From the NCBI GenBank assembly GCA_044892525.1, contig CM097885.1, positions 34,288,001-34,352,000 of the forward strand: 64,000 nucleotides of DNA, written 5' to 3'. This document shows, piece after piece, positions 32,001 through 47,000 of the stretch; the stretch's first letter is position 1; each line of letters begins with the position of its first letter. The translations under genes were made by a program, and so were the position numbers. The DNA comes from Schmidtea polychroa. Lineage: Eukaryota. The notes beneath the pieces are model-generated. The model saw nothing but the letters and a program-made list of their open reading frames with translations. It had not been told where the DNA came from and ran no database searches.

Positions 32001-35000
32001 TTCATTATCATTTGAATTCAGATCAATATAATATTTCAATTTCAATATTTGACAAGTGACATAAATTTTTTCAAAAATTTAATTGCCGCGAACCGGGATC
32101 GAACCAGTGACCTTTAGATCTTCAGTCTAACGCTCTCCCAACTGAGCTATCGCGGCTTATTTACAATAACAGACATCAGCTCATCACTGGTAAATTCCAC
32201 TAGAGCTTTATTTTCAAATTTTCATCAAACACCAATCTTATTTCCAACGTTCAAATTCATTATCATTTGAATTCAGATCAATATAATATTTCAATTTCAA
32301 TATTTGACAAGTGACATAAATTTTTTCAAAAATTTAATTGCCGCGAACCGGGATCGAACCAGTGACCTTTAGATCTTCAGTCTAACGCTCTCCCAACTGA
32401 GCTATCGCGGCTTATTTACAATAACAGACATCAGCTCATCACTGGTAAATTCCACTAGAGCTTTATTTTCAAATTTTCATCAAACACCAATCTTATTTCC
32501 AACGTTCAAATTCATTATCATTTGAATTCAGATCAATATAATATTTCAATTTCAATATTTGACAAGTGACATAAATTTTTTCAAAAATTTAATTGCCGCG
32601 AACCGGGATCGAACCAGTGACCTTTAGATCTTCAGTCTAACGCTCTCCCAACTGAGCTATCGCGGCTTATTTACAATAACAGACATCAGCTCATCACTGG
32701 TAAATTCCACTAGAGCTTTATTTTCAAATTTTCATCAAACACCAATCTTATTTCCAACGTTCAAATTCATTATCATTTGAATTCAGATCAATATAATATT
32801 TCAATTTCAATATTTGACAAGTGACATAAATTTTTTCAAAAATTTAATTGCCGCGAACCGGGATCGAACCAGTGACCTTTAGATCTTCAGTCTAACGCTC
32901 TCCCAACTGAGCTATCGCGGCTTATTTACAATAACAGACATCAGCTCATCACTGGTAAATTCCACTAGAGCTTTATTTTCAAATTTTCATCAAACACCAA
33001 TCTTATTTCCAACGTTCAAATTCATTATCATTTGAATTCAGATCAATATAATATTTCAATTTCAATATTTGACAAGTGACATAAATTTTTTCAAAAATTT
33101 AATTGCCGCGAACCGGGATCGAACCAGTGACCTTTAGATCTTCAGTCTAACGCTCTCCCAACTGAGCTATCGCGGCTTATTTACAATAACAGACATCAGC
33201 TCATCACTGGTAAATTCCACTAGAGCTTTATTTTCAAATTTTCATCAAACACCAATCTTATTTCCAACGTTCAAATTCATTATCATTTGAATTCAGATCA
33301 ATATAATATTTCAATTTCAATATTTGACAAGTGACATAAATTTTTTCAAAAATTTAATTGCCGCGAACCGGGATCGAACCAGTGACCTTTAGATCTTCAG
33401 TCTAACGCTCTCCCAACTGAGCTATCGCGGCTTATTTACAATAACAGACATCAGCTCATCACTGGTAAATTCCACTAGAGCTTTATTTTCAAATTTTCAT
33501 CAAACACCAATCTTATTTCCAACGTTCAAATTCATTATCATTTGAATTCAGATCAATATAATATTTCAATTTCAATATTTGACAAGTGACATAAATTTTT
33601 TCAAAAATTTAATTGCCGCGAACCGGGATCGAACCAGTGACCTTTAGATCTTCAGTCTAACGCTCTCCCAACTGAGCTATCGCGGCTTATTTACAATAAC
33701 AGACATCAGCTCATCACTGGTAAATTCCACTAGAGCTTTATTTTCAAATTTTCATCAAACACCAATCTTATTTCCAACGTTCAAATTCATTATCATTTGA
33801 ATTCAGATCAATATAATATTTCAATTTCAATATTTGACAAGTGACATAAATTTTTTCAAAAATTTAATTGCCGCGAACCGGGATCGAACCAGTGACCTTT
33901 AGATCTTCAGTCTAACGCTCTCCCAACTGAGCTATCGCGGCTTATTTACAATAACAGACATCAGCTCATCACTGGTAAATTCCACTAGAGCTTTATTTTC
34001 AAATTTTCATCAAACACCAATCTTATTTCCAACGTTCAAATTCATTATCATTTGAATTCAGATCAATATAATATTTCAATTTCAATATTTGACAAGTGAC
34101 ATAAATTTTTTCAAAAATTTAATTGCCGCGAACCGGGATCGAACCAGTGACCTTTAGATCTTCAGTCTAACGCTCTCCCAACTGAGCTATCGCGGCTTAT
34201 TTACAATAACAGACATCAGCTCATCACTGGTAAATTCCACTAGAGCTTTATTTTCAAATTTTCATCAAACACCAATCTTATTTCCAACGTTCAAATTCAT
34301 TATCATTTGAATTCAGATCAATATAATATTTCAATTTCAATATTTGACAAGTGACATAAATTTTTTCAAAAATTTAATTGCCGCGAACCGGGATCGAACC
34401 AGTGACCTTTAGATCTTCAGTCTAACGCTCTCCCAACTGAGCTATCGCGGCTTATTTACAATAACAGACATCAGCTCATCACTGGTAAATTCCACTAGAG
34501 CTTTATTTTCAAATTTTCATCAAACACCAATCTTATTTCCAACGTTCAAATTCATTATCATTTGAATTCAGATCAATATAATATTTCAATTTCAATATTT
34601 GACAAGTGACATAAATTTTTTCAAAAATTTAATTGCCGCGAACCGGGATCGAACCAGTGACCTTTAGATCTTCAGTCTAACGCTCTCCCAACTGAGCTAT
34701 CGCGGCTTATTTACAATAACAGACATCAGCTCATCACTGTTAAATTCCACTAGAGCTTTATTTTCAAATTTTCATCAAACACCAATCTTATTTCCAACGT
34801 TCAAATTCATTATCATTTGAATTCAGATCAATATAATATTTCAATTTCAATATTTGACAAGTGACATAAATTTTTTCAAAAATTTAATTGCCGCGAACCG
34901 GGATCGAACCAGTGACCTTTAGATCTTCAGTCTAACGCTCTCCCAACTGAGCTATCGCGGCTTATTTACAATAACAGACATCAGCTCATCACTGGTAAAT

Positions 35001-38000
35001 TCCACTAGAGCTTTATTTTCAAATTTTCATCAAACACCAATCTTATTTCCAACGTTCAAATTCATTATCATTTGAATTCAGATCAATATAATATTTCAAT
35101 TTCAATATTTGACAAGTGACATAAATTTTTTCAAAAATTTAATTGCCGCGAACCGGGATCGAACCAGTGACCTTTAGATCTTCAGTCTAACGCTCTCCCA
35201 ACTGAGCTATCGCGGCTTATTTACAATAACAGACATCAGCTCATCACTGGTAAATTCCACTAGAGCTTTATTTTCAAATTTTCATCAAACACCAATCTTA
35301 TTTCCAACGTTCAAATTCATTATCATTTGAATTCAGATCAATATAATATTTCAATTTCAATATTTGACAAGTGACATAAATTTTTTCAAAAATTTAATTG
35401 CCGCGAACCGGGATCGAACCAGTGACCTTTAGATCTTCAGTCTAACGCTCTCCCAACTGAGCTATCGCGGCTTATTTACAATAACAGACATCAGCTCATC
35501 ACTGGTAAATTCCACTAGAGCTTTATTTTCAAATTTTCATCAAACACCAATCTTATTTCCAACGTTCAAATTCATTATCATTTGAATTCAGATCAATATA
35601 ATATTTCAATTTCAATATTTGACAAGTGACATAAATTTTTTCAAAAATTTAATTGCCGCGAACCGGGATCGAACCAGTGACCTTTAGATCTTCAGTCTAA
35701 CGCTCTCCCAACTGAGCTATCGCGGCTTATTTACAATAACAGACATCAGCTCATCACTGGTAAATTCCACTAGAGCTTTATTTTCAAATTTTCATCAAAC
35801 ACCAATCTTATTTCCAACGTTCAAATTCATTATCATTTGAATTCAGATCAATATAATATTTCAATTTCAATATTTGACAAGTGACATAAATTTTTTCAAA
35901 AATTTAATTGCCGCGAACCGGGATCGAACCAGTGACCTTTAGATCTTCAGTCTAACGCTCTCCCAACTGAGCTATCGCGGCTTATTTACAATAACAGACA
36001 TCAGCTCATCACTGGTAAATTCCACTAGAGCTTTATTTTCAAATTTTCATCAAACACCAATCTTATTTCCAACGTTCAAATTCATTATCATTTGAATTCA
36101 GATCAATATAATATTTCAATTTCAATATTTGACAAGTGACATAAATTTTTTCAAAAATTTAATTGCCGCGAACCGGGATCGAACCAGTGACCTTTAGATC
36201 TTCAGTCTAACGCTCTCCCAACTGAGCTATCGCGGCTTATTTACAATAACAGACATCAGCTCATCACTGGTAAATTCCACTAGAGCTTTATTTTCAAATT
36301 TTCATCAAACACCAATCTTATTTCCAACGTTCAAATTCATTATCATTTGAATTCAGATCAATATAATATTTCAATTTCAATATTTGACAAGTGACATAAA
36401 TTTTTTCAAAAATTTAATTGCCGCGAACCGGGATCGAACCAGTGACCTTTAGATCTTCAGTCTAACGCTCTCCCAACTGAGCTATCGCGGCTTATTTACA
36501 ATAACAGACATCAGCTCATCACTGGTAAATTCCACTAGAGCTTTATTTTCAAATTTTCATCAAACACCAATCTTATTTCCAACGTTCAAATTCATTATCA
36601 TTTGAATTCAGATCAATATAATATTTCAATTTCAATATTTGACAAGTGACATAAATTTTTTCAAAAATTTAATTGCCGCGAACCGGGATCGAACCAGTGA
36701 CCTTAAGATCTTCAGTCTAACGCTCTCCCAACTGAGCTATCGCGGCTTATTTACAATAACAGACATCAGCTCATCACTGGTAAATTCCACTAGAGCTTAT
36801 TTTCAAATTTTCATCAAACACCAATCTTATTTCCAACGTTCAAATTCATTATCATTTTGAATTCAGATCAATATAATATTTCATTTCAATATTTGACAAG
36901 TGACATAAATTTTTTCAAAAATTTAATTGCCGCGAACCGGGATCGAACCAGTGACCTTTAGATCTTCAGTCTAACGCTCTCCCAACTGAGCTATCGCGGC
37001 TTATTTACAATAACAGACATCAGCTCATCACTGTTAAATTCCACTAGAGCTTTATTTTCAAATTTTCATCAAACACCAATCTTATTTCCAACGTTCAAAT
37101 TCATTATCATTTGAATTCAGATCAATATAATATTTCAATTTCAATATTTGACAAGTGACATAAATTTTTTCAAAAATTTAATTGCCGCGAACCGGGATCG
37201 AACCAGTGACCTTTAGATCTTCAGTCTAACGCTCTCCCAACTGAGCTATCGCGGCTTATTTACAATAACAGACATCAGCTCATCACTGGTAAATTCCACT
37301 AGAGCTTTATTTTCAAATTTTCATCAAACACCAATCTTATTTCCAACGTTCAAATTCATTATCATTTGAATTCAGATCAATATAATATTTCAATTTCAAT
37401 ATTTGACAAGTGACATAAATTTTTTCAAAATTTAATTGCCGCGAACCGGGATCGAACCAGTGACCTTTAGATCTTCAGTCTAACGCTCTCCCAACTGAGC
37501 TATCGCGGCTTATTTACAATAACAGACATCAGCTCATCACTGTTAAATTCCACTAGAGCTTTATTTTCAAATTTTCATCAAACACCAATCTTATTTCCAA
37601 CGTTCAAATTCATTATCATTTGAATTCAGATCAATAAATATTTCAATTTCAATATTTGACAAGTGACATAAATTTTTTCAAAAATTTAATTGCCGCGAAC
37701 CGGGATCGAACCAGTGACCTTTAGATCTTCAGTCTAACGCTCTCCCAACTGAGCTATCGCGGCTTATTTACAATAACAGACATCAGCTCATCACTGGTAA
37801 ATTCCACTAGAGCTTTATTTTCAAATTTTCATCAAACACCAATCTTATTTCCAACGTTCAAATTCATTATCATTTGAATTCAGATCAATATAATATTTCA
37901 ATTTCAATATTTGACAAGTGACATAAATTTTTTCAAAAATTTAATTGCCGCGAACCGGGATCGAACCAGTGACCTTTAGATCTTCAGTCTAACGCTCTCC

Positions 38001-41000
38001 CAACTGAGCTATCGCGGGCTTATTTACAATAACAGACATCAGCTCATCACTGGTAAATTCCACTAGAGCTTTATTTTCAAATTTTCATCAAACACCAATC
38101 TTATTTCCAACGTTCAAATTCATTATCATTTGAATTCAGATCAATATAATATTTCAATTTCAATATTTGACAAGTGACATAAATTTTTTCAAAAATTTAA
38201 TTGCCGCGAACCGGGATCGAACCAGTGACCTTTAGATCTTCAGTCTAACGCTCTCCCAACTGAGCTATCGCGGCTTATTTACAATAACAGACATCAGCTC
38301 ATCACTGGTAAATTCCACTAGAGCTTTATTTTCAAATTTTCATCAAACACCAATCTTATTTCCAACGTTCAAATTCATTATCATTTGAATTCAGATCAAT
38401 ATAATATTTCAATTTCAATATTTGACAAGTGACATAAATTTTTTCAAAAATTTAATTGCCGCGAACCGGGATCGAACCAGTGACCTTTAGATCTTCAGTC
38501 TAACGCTCTCCCAACTGAGCTATCGCGGCTTATTTACAATAACAGACATCAGCTCATCACTGGTAAATTCCACTAGAGCTTTATTTTCAAATTTTCATCA
38601 AACACCAATCTTATTTCCAACGTTCAAATTCATTATCATTTGAATTCAGATCAATATAATATTTCAATTTCAATATTTGACAAGTGACATAAATTTTTTC
38701 AAAAATTTAATTGCCGCGAACCGGGATCGAACCAGTGACCTTTAGATCTTCAGTCTAACGCTCTCCAACTGAGCTATCGCGGCTTATTTACAATAACAGA
38801 CATCAGCTCATCACTGGTAAATTCCACTAGAGCTTTATTTTCAAATTTTCATCAAACACCAATCTTATTTCCAACGTTCAAATTCATTATCATTTGAATT
38901 CAGATCAATATAATATTTCAATTTCAATATTTGACAAGTGACATAAATTTTTTCAAAAATTTAATTGCCGCGAACCGGGATCGAACCAGTGACCTTTAGA
39001 TCTTCAGTCTAACGCTCTCCCAACTGAGCTATCGCGGCTTATTTACAATAACAGACATCAGCTCATCACTGGTAAATTCCACTAGAGCTTTATTTTCAAA
39101 TTTTCATCAAACACCAATCTTATTTCCAACGTTCAAATTCATTATCATTTGAATTCAGATCAATATAATATTTCAATTTCAATATTTGACAAGTGACATA
39201 AATTTTTCAAAATTTAATTGCCGCGAACCGGGATCGAACCAGTGACCTTTAGATCTTCAGTCTACGCTCTCCCAACTGAGCTATCGCGGCTTATTTACAA
39301 TAACAGACATCAGCTCATCACTGTTAAATTCCACTAGAGCTTTATTTTCAAATTTTCATCAAACACCAATCTTATTTCCAACGTTCAAATTCATTATCAT
39401 TTGAATTCAGATCAATATAATATTTCAATTTCAATATTTGACAAGTGACATAAATTTTTTCAAAAATTTAATTGCCGCGAACCGGGATCGAACCAGTGAC
39501 CTTTAGATCTTCAGTCTAACGCTCTCCCAACTGAGCTATCGCGGCTTATTTACAATAACAGACATCAGCTCATCACTGGTTAAATTCCACTAGAGCTTTA
39601 TTTTCAAATTTTCATCAAACACCAATCTTATTTCCAACGTTCAAATTCATTATCATTTGAATTCAGATCAATATAATATTTCAATTTCAATATTTGACAA
39701 GTGACATAAATTTTTTCAAAAATTTAATTGCCGCGAACCGGGATCGAACCAGTGACCTTTAGATCTTCAGTCTAACGCTCTCCCAACTGAGCTATCGCGG
39801 CTTATTTACAATAACAGACATCAGCTCATCACTGGTAAATTCCACTAGAGCTTTATTTTCAAATTTTCATCAAACACCAATCTTATTTCCAACGTTCAAA
39901 TTCATTATCATTTGAATTCAGATCAATATAATATTTCAATTTCAATATTTGACAAGTGACATAAATTTTTTCAAAAATTTAATTGCCGCGAACCGGGATC
40001 GAACCAGTGACCTTTAGATCTTCAGTCTAACGCTCTCCCAACTGAGCTATCGCGGCTTATTTACAATAACAGACATCAGCTCATCACTGGTAAATTCCAC
40101 TAGAGCTTTATTTTCAAATTTTCATCAAACACCAATCTTATTTCCAACGTTCAAATTCATTATCATTTGAATTCAGATCAATATAATATTTCAATTTCAA
40201 TATTTGACAAGTGACATAAATTTTTTCAAAAATTTAATTGCCGCGAACCGGGATCGAACCAGTGACCTTTAGATCTTCAGTCTAACGCTCTCCCAACTGA
40301 GCTATCGCGGCTTATTTACAATAACAGACATCAGCTCATCACTGGTAAATTCCACTAGAGCTTTATTTTCAAATTTTCATCAAACACCAATCTTATTTCC
40401 AACGTTCAAATTCATTATCATTTGAATTCAGATCAATATAATATTTCAATTTCAATATTTGACAAGTGACATAAATTTTTTCAAAAATTTAATTGCCGCG
40501 AACCGGGATCGAACCAGTGACCTTTAGATCTTCAGTCTAACGCTCTCCCAACTGAGCTATCGCGGCTTATTTACAATAACAGACATCAGCTCATCACTGG
40601 TAAATTCCACTAGAGCTTTATTTTCAAATTTTCATCAAACACCAATCTTATTTCCAACGTTCAAATTCATTATCATTTGAATTCAGATCAATATAATATT
40701 TCAATTTCAATATTTGACAAGTGACATAAATTTTTTCAAAAATTTAATTGCCGCGAACCGGGATCGAACCAGTGACCTTTAGATCTTCAGTCTAACGCTC
40801 TCCCAACTGAGCTATCGCGGCTTATTTACAATAACAGACATCAGCTCATCACTGGTAAATTCCACTAGAGCTTTATTTTCAAATTTTCATCAAACACCAA
40901 TCTTATTTCCAACGTTCAAATTCATTATCATTTGAATTCAGATCAATATAATATTTCAATTTCAATATTTGACAAGTGACATAAATTTTTTCAAAAATTT

Positions 41001-44000
41001 AATTGCCGCGAACCGGGATCGAACCAGTGACCTTTAGATCTTCAGTCTAACGCTCTCCCAACTGAGCTATCGCGGCTTATTTACAATAACAGACATCAGC
41101 TCATCACTGGTAAATTCCACTAGAGCTTTATTTTCAAATTTCATCAAACACCAATCTTATTTCCAACGTTCAAATCATTATCATTTGAATTCAGATCAAT
41201 ATAATATTTCAATTTCAATATTTGACAAGTGACATAAATTTTTTCAAAAATTTAATTGCCGCGAACCGGGATCGAACCCAGTGACCTTTAGATCTTCAGT
41301 CTAACGCTCTCCCAACTGAGCTATCGCGGCTTATTTACAATAACAGACATCAGCTCATCACTGGTAAATTCCACTAGAGCTTTATTTTCAAATTTTCATC
41401 AAACACCAATCTTATTTCCAACGTTCAAATTCATTATCATTTGAATTCAGATCAATATAATATTTCAATTTCAATATTTGACAAGTGACATAAATTTTTT
41501 CAAAAATTCAATTGCCGCGAACCGGGATCGAACCAGTGACCTTTAGATCTTCAGTCTAACGCTCTCCAACTGAGCTATCGCGGCTTATTTACAATAACAG
41601 ACATCAGCTCATCACTGGTAAATTCCACTAGAGCTTTATTTTCAAAATTTTCATCAAACACCAATCTTATTTCCAACGTTCAAATTCATTATCATTTGAA
41701 TTCAGATCAATATAATATTTCAATTTCAATATTTGACAAGTGACATAAATTTTTTCAAAAATTTAATTGCCGCGAACCGGGATCGAACCAGTGACCTTTA
41801 GATCTTCAGTCTAACGCTCTCCCAACTGAGCTATCGCGGCTTATTTACAATAACAGACATCAGCTCATCACTGGTAAATTCCACTAGAGCTTTATTTTCA
41901 AATTTTCATCAAACACCAATCTTATTTCCAACGTTCAAATTCATTATCATTTGAATTCAGATCAATATAATATTTCAATTTCAATATTTGACAAGTGACA
42001 TAAATTTTTTCAAAAATTTAATTGCCGCGAACCGGGATCGAACCAGTGACCTTTAGATCTTCAGTCTAACGCTCTCCAACTGAGCTATCGCGGCTTATTT
42101 ACAATAACAGACATCAGCTCATCACTGGTAAATTCCACTAGAGCTTTATTTTCAAATTTTCATCAAACACCAATCTTATTTCCAACGTTCAAATTCATTA
42201 TCATTTGAATTCAGATCAATATAATATTTCAATTTCAATATTTGACAAGTGACATAAATTTTTTCAAAAATTTAATTGCCGCGAACCGGGATCGAACCAG
42301 TGACCTTTAGATCTTCAGTCTAACGCTCTCCCAACTGAGCTATCGCGGCTTATTTACAATAACAGACATCAGCTCATCACTGGTAAATTCCACTAGAGCT
42401 TTATTTTCAAATTTTCATCAAACACCAATCTTATTTCCAACGTTCAAATTCATTATCATTTGAATTCAGATCAATATAATATTTCAATTTCAATATTTGA
42501 CAAGTGACATAAATTTTTTCAAAAATTTAATTGCCGCGAACCGGGATCGAACCAGTGACCTTTAGATCTTCAGTCTAACGCTCTCCAACTGAGCTATCGC
42601 GGCTTATTTACAATAACAGACATCAGCTCATCACTGGTAAATTCCACTAGAGCTTTATTTTCAAATTTTCATCAAACACCAATCTTATTTCCAACGTTCA
42701 AATTCATTATCATTTGAATTCAGATCAATATAATATTTCAATTTCAATATTTGACAAGTGACATAAATTTTTTCAAAAATTTAATTGCCGCGAACCGGGA
42801 TCGAACCAGTGACCTTTAGATCTTCAGTCTAACGCTCTCCCAACTGAGCTATCGCGGCTTATTTACAATAACAGACATCAGCTCATCACTGTTAAATTCC
42901 ACTAGAGCTTTATTTTCAAATTTTCATCAAACACCAATCTTATTTCCAACGTTCAAATTCATTATCATTTGAATTCAGATCAATATAATATTTCAATTTC
43001 AATATTTGACAAGTGACATAAATTTTTTCAAAAATTTAATTGCCGCGAACCGGGATCGAACCAGTGACCTTTAGATCTTCAGTCTAACGCTCTCCCAACT
43101 GAGCTATCGCGGCTTATTTACAATAACAGACATCAGCTCATCACTGGTAAATTCCACTAGAGCTTTATTTTCAAATTTTCATCAAACACCAATCTTATTT
43201 CCAACGTTCAAATTCATTATCATTTGAATTCAGATCAATATAATATTTCAATTTCAATATTTGACAAGTGACATAAATTTTTTCAAAAATTTAATTGCCG
43301 CGAACCGGGATCGAACCAGTGACCTTTAGATCTTCAGTCTAACGCTCTCCCAACTGAGCTATCGCGGCTTATTTACAATAACAGACATCAGCTCATCACT
43401 GGTAAATTCCACTAGAGCTTTATTTTCAAATTTTCATCAAACACCAATCTTATTTCCAACGTTCAAATTCATTATCATTTGAATTCAGATCAATATAATA
43501 TTTCAATTTCAATATTTGACAAGTGACATAAATTTTTTCAAAAATTTAATTGCCGCGAACCGGGATCGAACCAGTGACCTTTAGATCTTCAGTCTAACGC
43601 TCTCCAACTGAGCTATCGCGGCTTATTTACAATAACAGACATCAGCTCATCACTGGTAAATTCCACTAGAGCTTTATTTTCAAATTTTCATCAAACACCA
43701 ATCTTATTTCCAACGTTCAAATTCATTATCATTTGAATTCAGATCAATATAATATTTCAATTTCAATATTTGACAAGTGACATAAATTTTTTCAAAAATT
43801 TAATTGCCGCGAACCGGGATCGAACCAGTGACCTTTAGATCTTCAGTCTAACGCTCTCCCAACTGAGCTATCGCGGCTTATTTACAATAACAGACATCAG
43901 CTCATCACTGGTAAATTCCACTAGAGCTTTATTTTCAAATTTTCATCAAACACCAATCTTATTTCCAACGTTCAAATTCATTATCATTTGAATTCAGATC

Positions 44001-47000
44001 AATATAATATTTCAATTTCAATATTTGACAAGTGACATAAATTTTTTCAAAAATTTAATTGCCGCGAACCGGGATCGAACCAGTGACCTTTAGATCTTCA
44101 GTCTAACGCTCTCCCAACTGAGCTATCGCGGCTTATTTACAATAACAGACATCAGCTCATCACTGGTAAATTCCACTAGAGCTTTATTTTCAAATTTTCA
44201 TCAAACACCAATCTTATTTCCAACGTTCAAATTCATTATCATTTGAATTCAGATCAATATAATATTTCAATTTCAATATTTGACAAGTGACATAAATTTT
44301 TTCAAAAATTTAATTGCCGCGAACCGGGATCGAACCAGTGACCTTTAGATCTTCAGTCTAACGCTCTCCCAACTGAGCTATCGCGGCTTATTTACAATAA
44401 CAGACATCAGCTCATCACTGGTAAATTCCACTAGAGCTTTATTTTCAAATTTTCATCAAACACCAATCTTATTTCCAACGTTCAAATTCATTATCATTTG
44501 AATTCAGATCAATATAATATTTCAATTTCAATATTTGACAAGTGACATAAATTTTTTCAAAAATTTAATTGCCGCGAACCGGGATCGAACCAGTGACCTT
44601 TAGATCTTCAGTCTAACGCTCTCCCAACTGAGCTATCGCGGCTTATTTACAATAACAGACATCAGCTCATCACTGGTAAATTCCACTAGAGCTTTATTTT
44701 CAAATTTTCATCAAACACCAATCTTATTTCCAACGTTCAAATTCATTATCATTTGAATTCAGATCAATATAATATTTCAATTTCAATATTTGACAAGTGA
44801 CATAAATTTTTTCAAAAATTTAATTGCCGCGAACCGGGATCGAACCAGTGACCTTTAGATCTTCAGTCTAACGCTCTCCCAACTGAGCTATCGCGGCTTA
44901 TTTACAATAACAGACATCAGCTCATCACTGGTAAATTCCACTAGAGCTTTATTTTCAAATTTTCATCAAACACCAATCTTATTTCCAACGTTCAAATTCA
45001 TTATCATTTGAATTCAGATCAATATAATATTTCAATTTCAATATTTGACAAGTGACATAAATTTTTTCAAAAATTTAATTGCCGCGAACCGGGATCGAAC
45101 CAGTGACCTTTAGATCTTCAGTCTAACGCTCTCCCAACTGAGCTATCGCGGCTTATTTACAATAACAGACATCAGCTCATCACTGGTAAATTCCACTAGA
45201 GCTTTATTTTCAAATTTTCATCAAACACCAATCTTATTTCCAACGTTCAAATTCATTATCATTTGAATTCAGATCAATATAATATTTCAATTTCAATATT
45301 TGACAAGTGACATAAATTTTTTCAAAAATTTAATTGCCGCGAACCGGGATCGAACCAGTGACCTTTAGATCTTCAGTCTAACGCTCTCCCAACTGAGCTA
45401 TCGCGGCTTATTTACAATAACAGACATCAGCTCATCACTGGTAAATTCCACTAGAGCTTTATTTTCAAATTTTCATCAAACACCAATCTTATTTCCAACG
45501 TTCAAATTCATTATCATTTGAATTCAGATCAATATAATATTTCAATTTCAATATTTGACAAGTGACATAAATTTTTTCAAAAATTTAATTGCCGCGAACC
45601 GGGATCGAACCAGTGACCTTTAGATCTTCAGTCTAACGCTCTCCCAACTGAGCTATCGCGGCTTATTTACAATAACAGACATCAGCTCATCACTGGTAAA
45701 TTCCACTAGAGCTTTATTTTCAAATTTTCATCAAACACCAATCTTATTTCCAACGTTCAAATTCATTATCATTTGAATTCAGATCAATATAATATTTCAA
45801 TTTCAATATTTGACAAGTGACATAAATTTTTTCAAAAATTTAATTGCCGCGAACCGGGATCGAACCAGTGACCTTTAGATCTTCAGTCTAACGCTCTCCC
45901 AACTGAGCTATCGCGGCTTATTTACAATAACAGACATCAGCTCATCACTGGTAAATTCCACTAGAGCTTTATTTTCAAATTTTCATCAAACACCAATCTT
46001 ATTTCCAACGTTCAAATTCATTATCATTTGAATTCAGATCAATATAATATTTCAATTTCAATATTTGACAAGTGACATAAATTTTTTCAAAAATTTAATT
46101 GCCGCGAACCGGGATCGAACCAGTGACCTTTAGATCTTCAGTCTAACGCTCTCCCAACTGAGCTATCGCGGCTTATTTACAATAACAGACATCAGCTCAT
46201 CACTGGTAAATTCCACTAGAGCTTTATTTTCAAATTTTCATCAAACACCAATCTTATTTCCAACGTTCAAATTCATTATCATTTGAATTCAGATCAATAT
46301 AATATTTCAATTTCAATATTTGACAAGTGACATAAATTTTTTCAAAAATTTAATTGCCGCGAACCGGGATCGAACCAGTGACCTTTAGATCTTCAGTCTA
46401 ACGCTCTCCCAACTGAGCTATCGCGGCTTATTTACAATAACAGACATCAGCTCATCACTGGTAAATTCCACTAGAGCTTTATTTTCAAATTTTCATCAAA
46501 CACCAATCTTATTTCCAACGTTCAAATTCATTATCATTTGAATTCAGATCAATATAATATTTCAATTTCAATATTTGACAAGTGACATAAATTTTTTCAA
46601 AAATTTAATTGCCGCGAACCGGGATCGAACCAGTGACCTTTAGATCTTCAGTCTAACGCTCTCCCAACTGAGCTATCGCGGCTTATTTACAATAACAGAC
46701 ATCAGCTCATCACTGGTAAATTCCACTAGAGCTTTATTTTCAAATTTTCATCAAACACCAATCTTATTTCCAACGTTCAAATTCATTATCATTTGAATTC
46801 AGATCAATATAATATTTCAATTTCAATATTTGACAAGTGACATAAATTTTTTCAAAAATTTAATTGCCGCGAACCGGGATCGAACCAGTGACCTTTAGAT
46901 CTTCAGTCTAACGCTCTCCCAACTGAGCTATCGCGGCTTATTTACAATAACAGACATCAGCTCATCACTGGTAAATTCCACTAGAGCTTTATTTTCAAAT

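Noticed and set aside
36639..36860. 73-aa ORF in the array
   Set aside because: Antisense to the tRNA and created by one substitution plus an indel in an error-rich unit.
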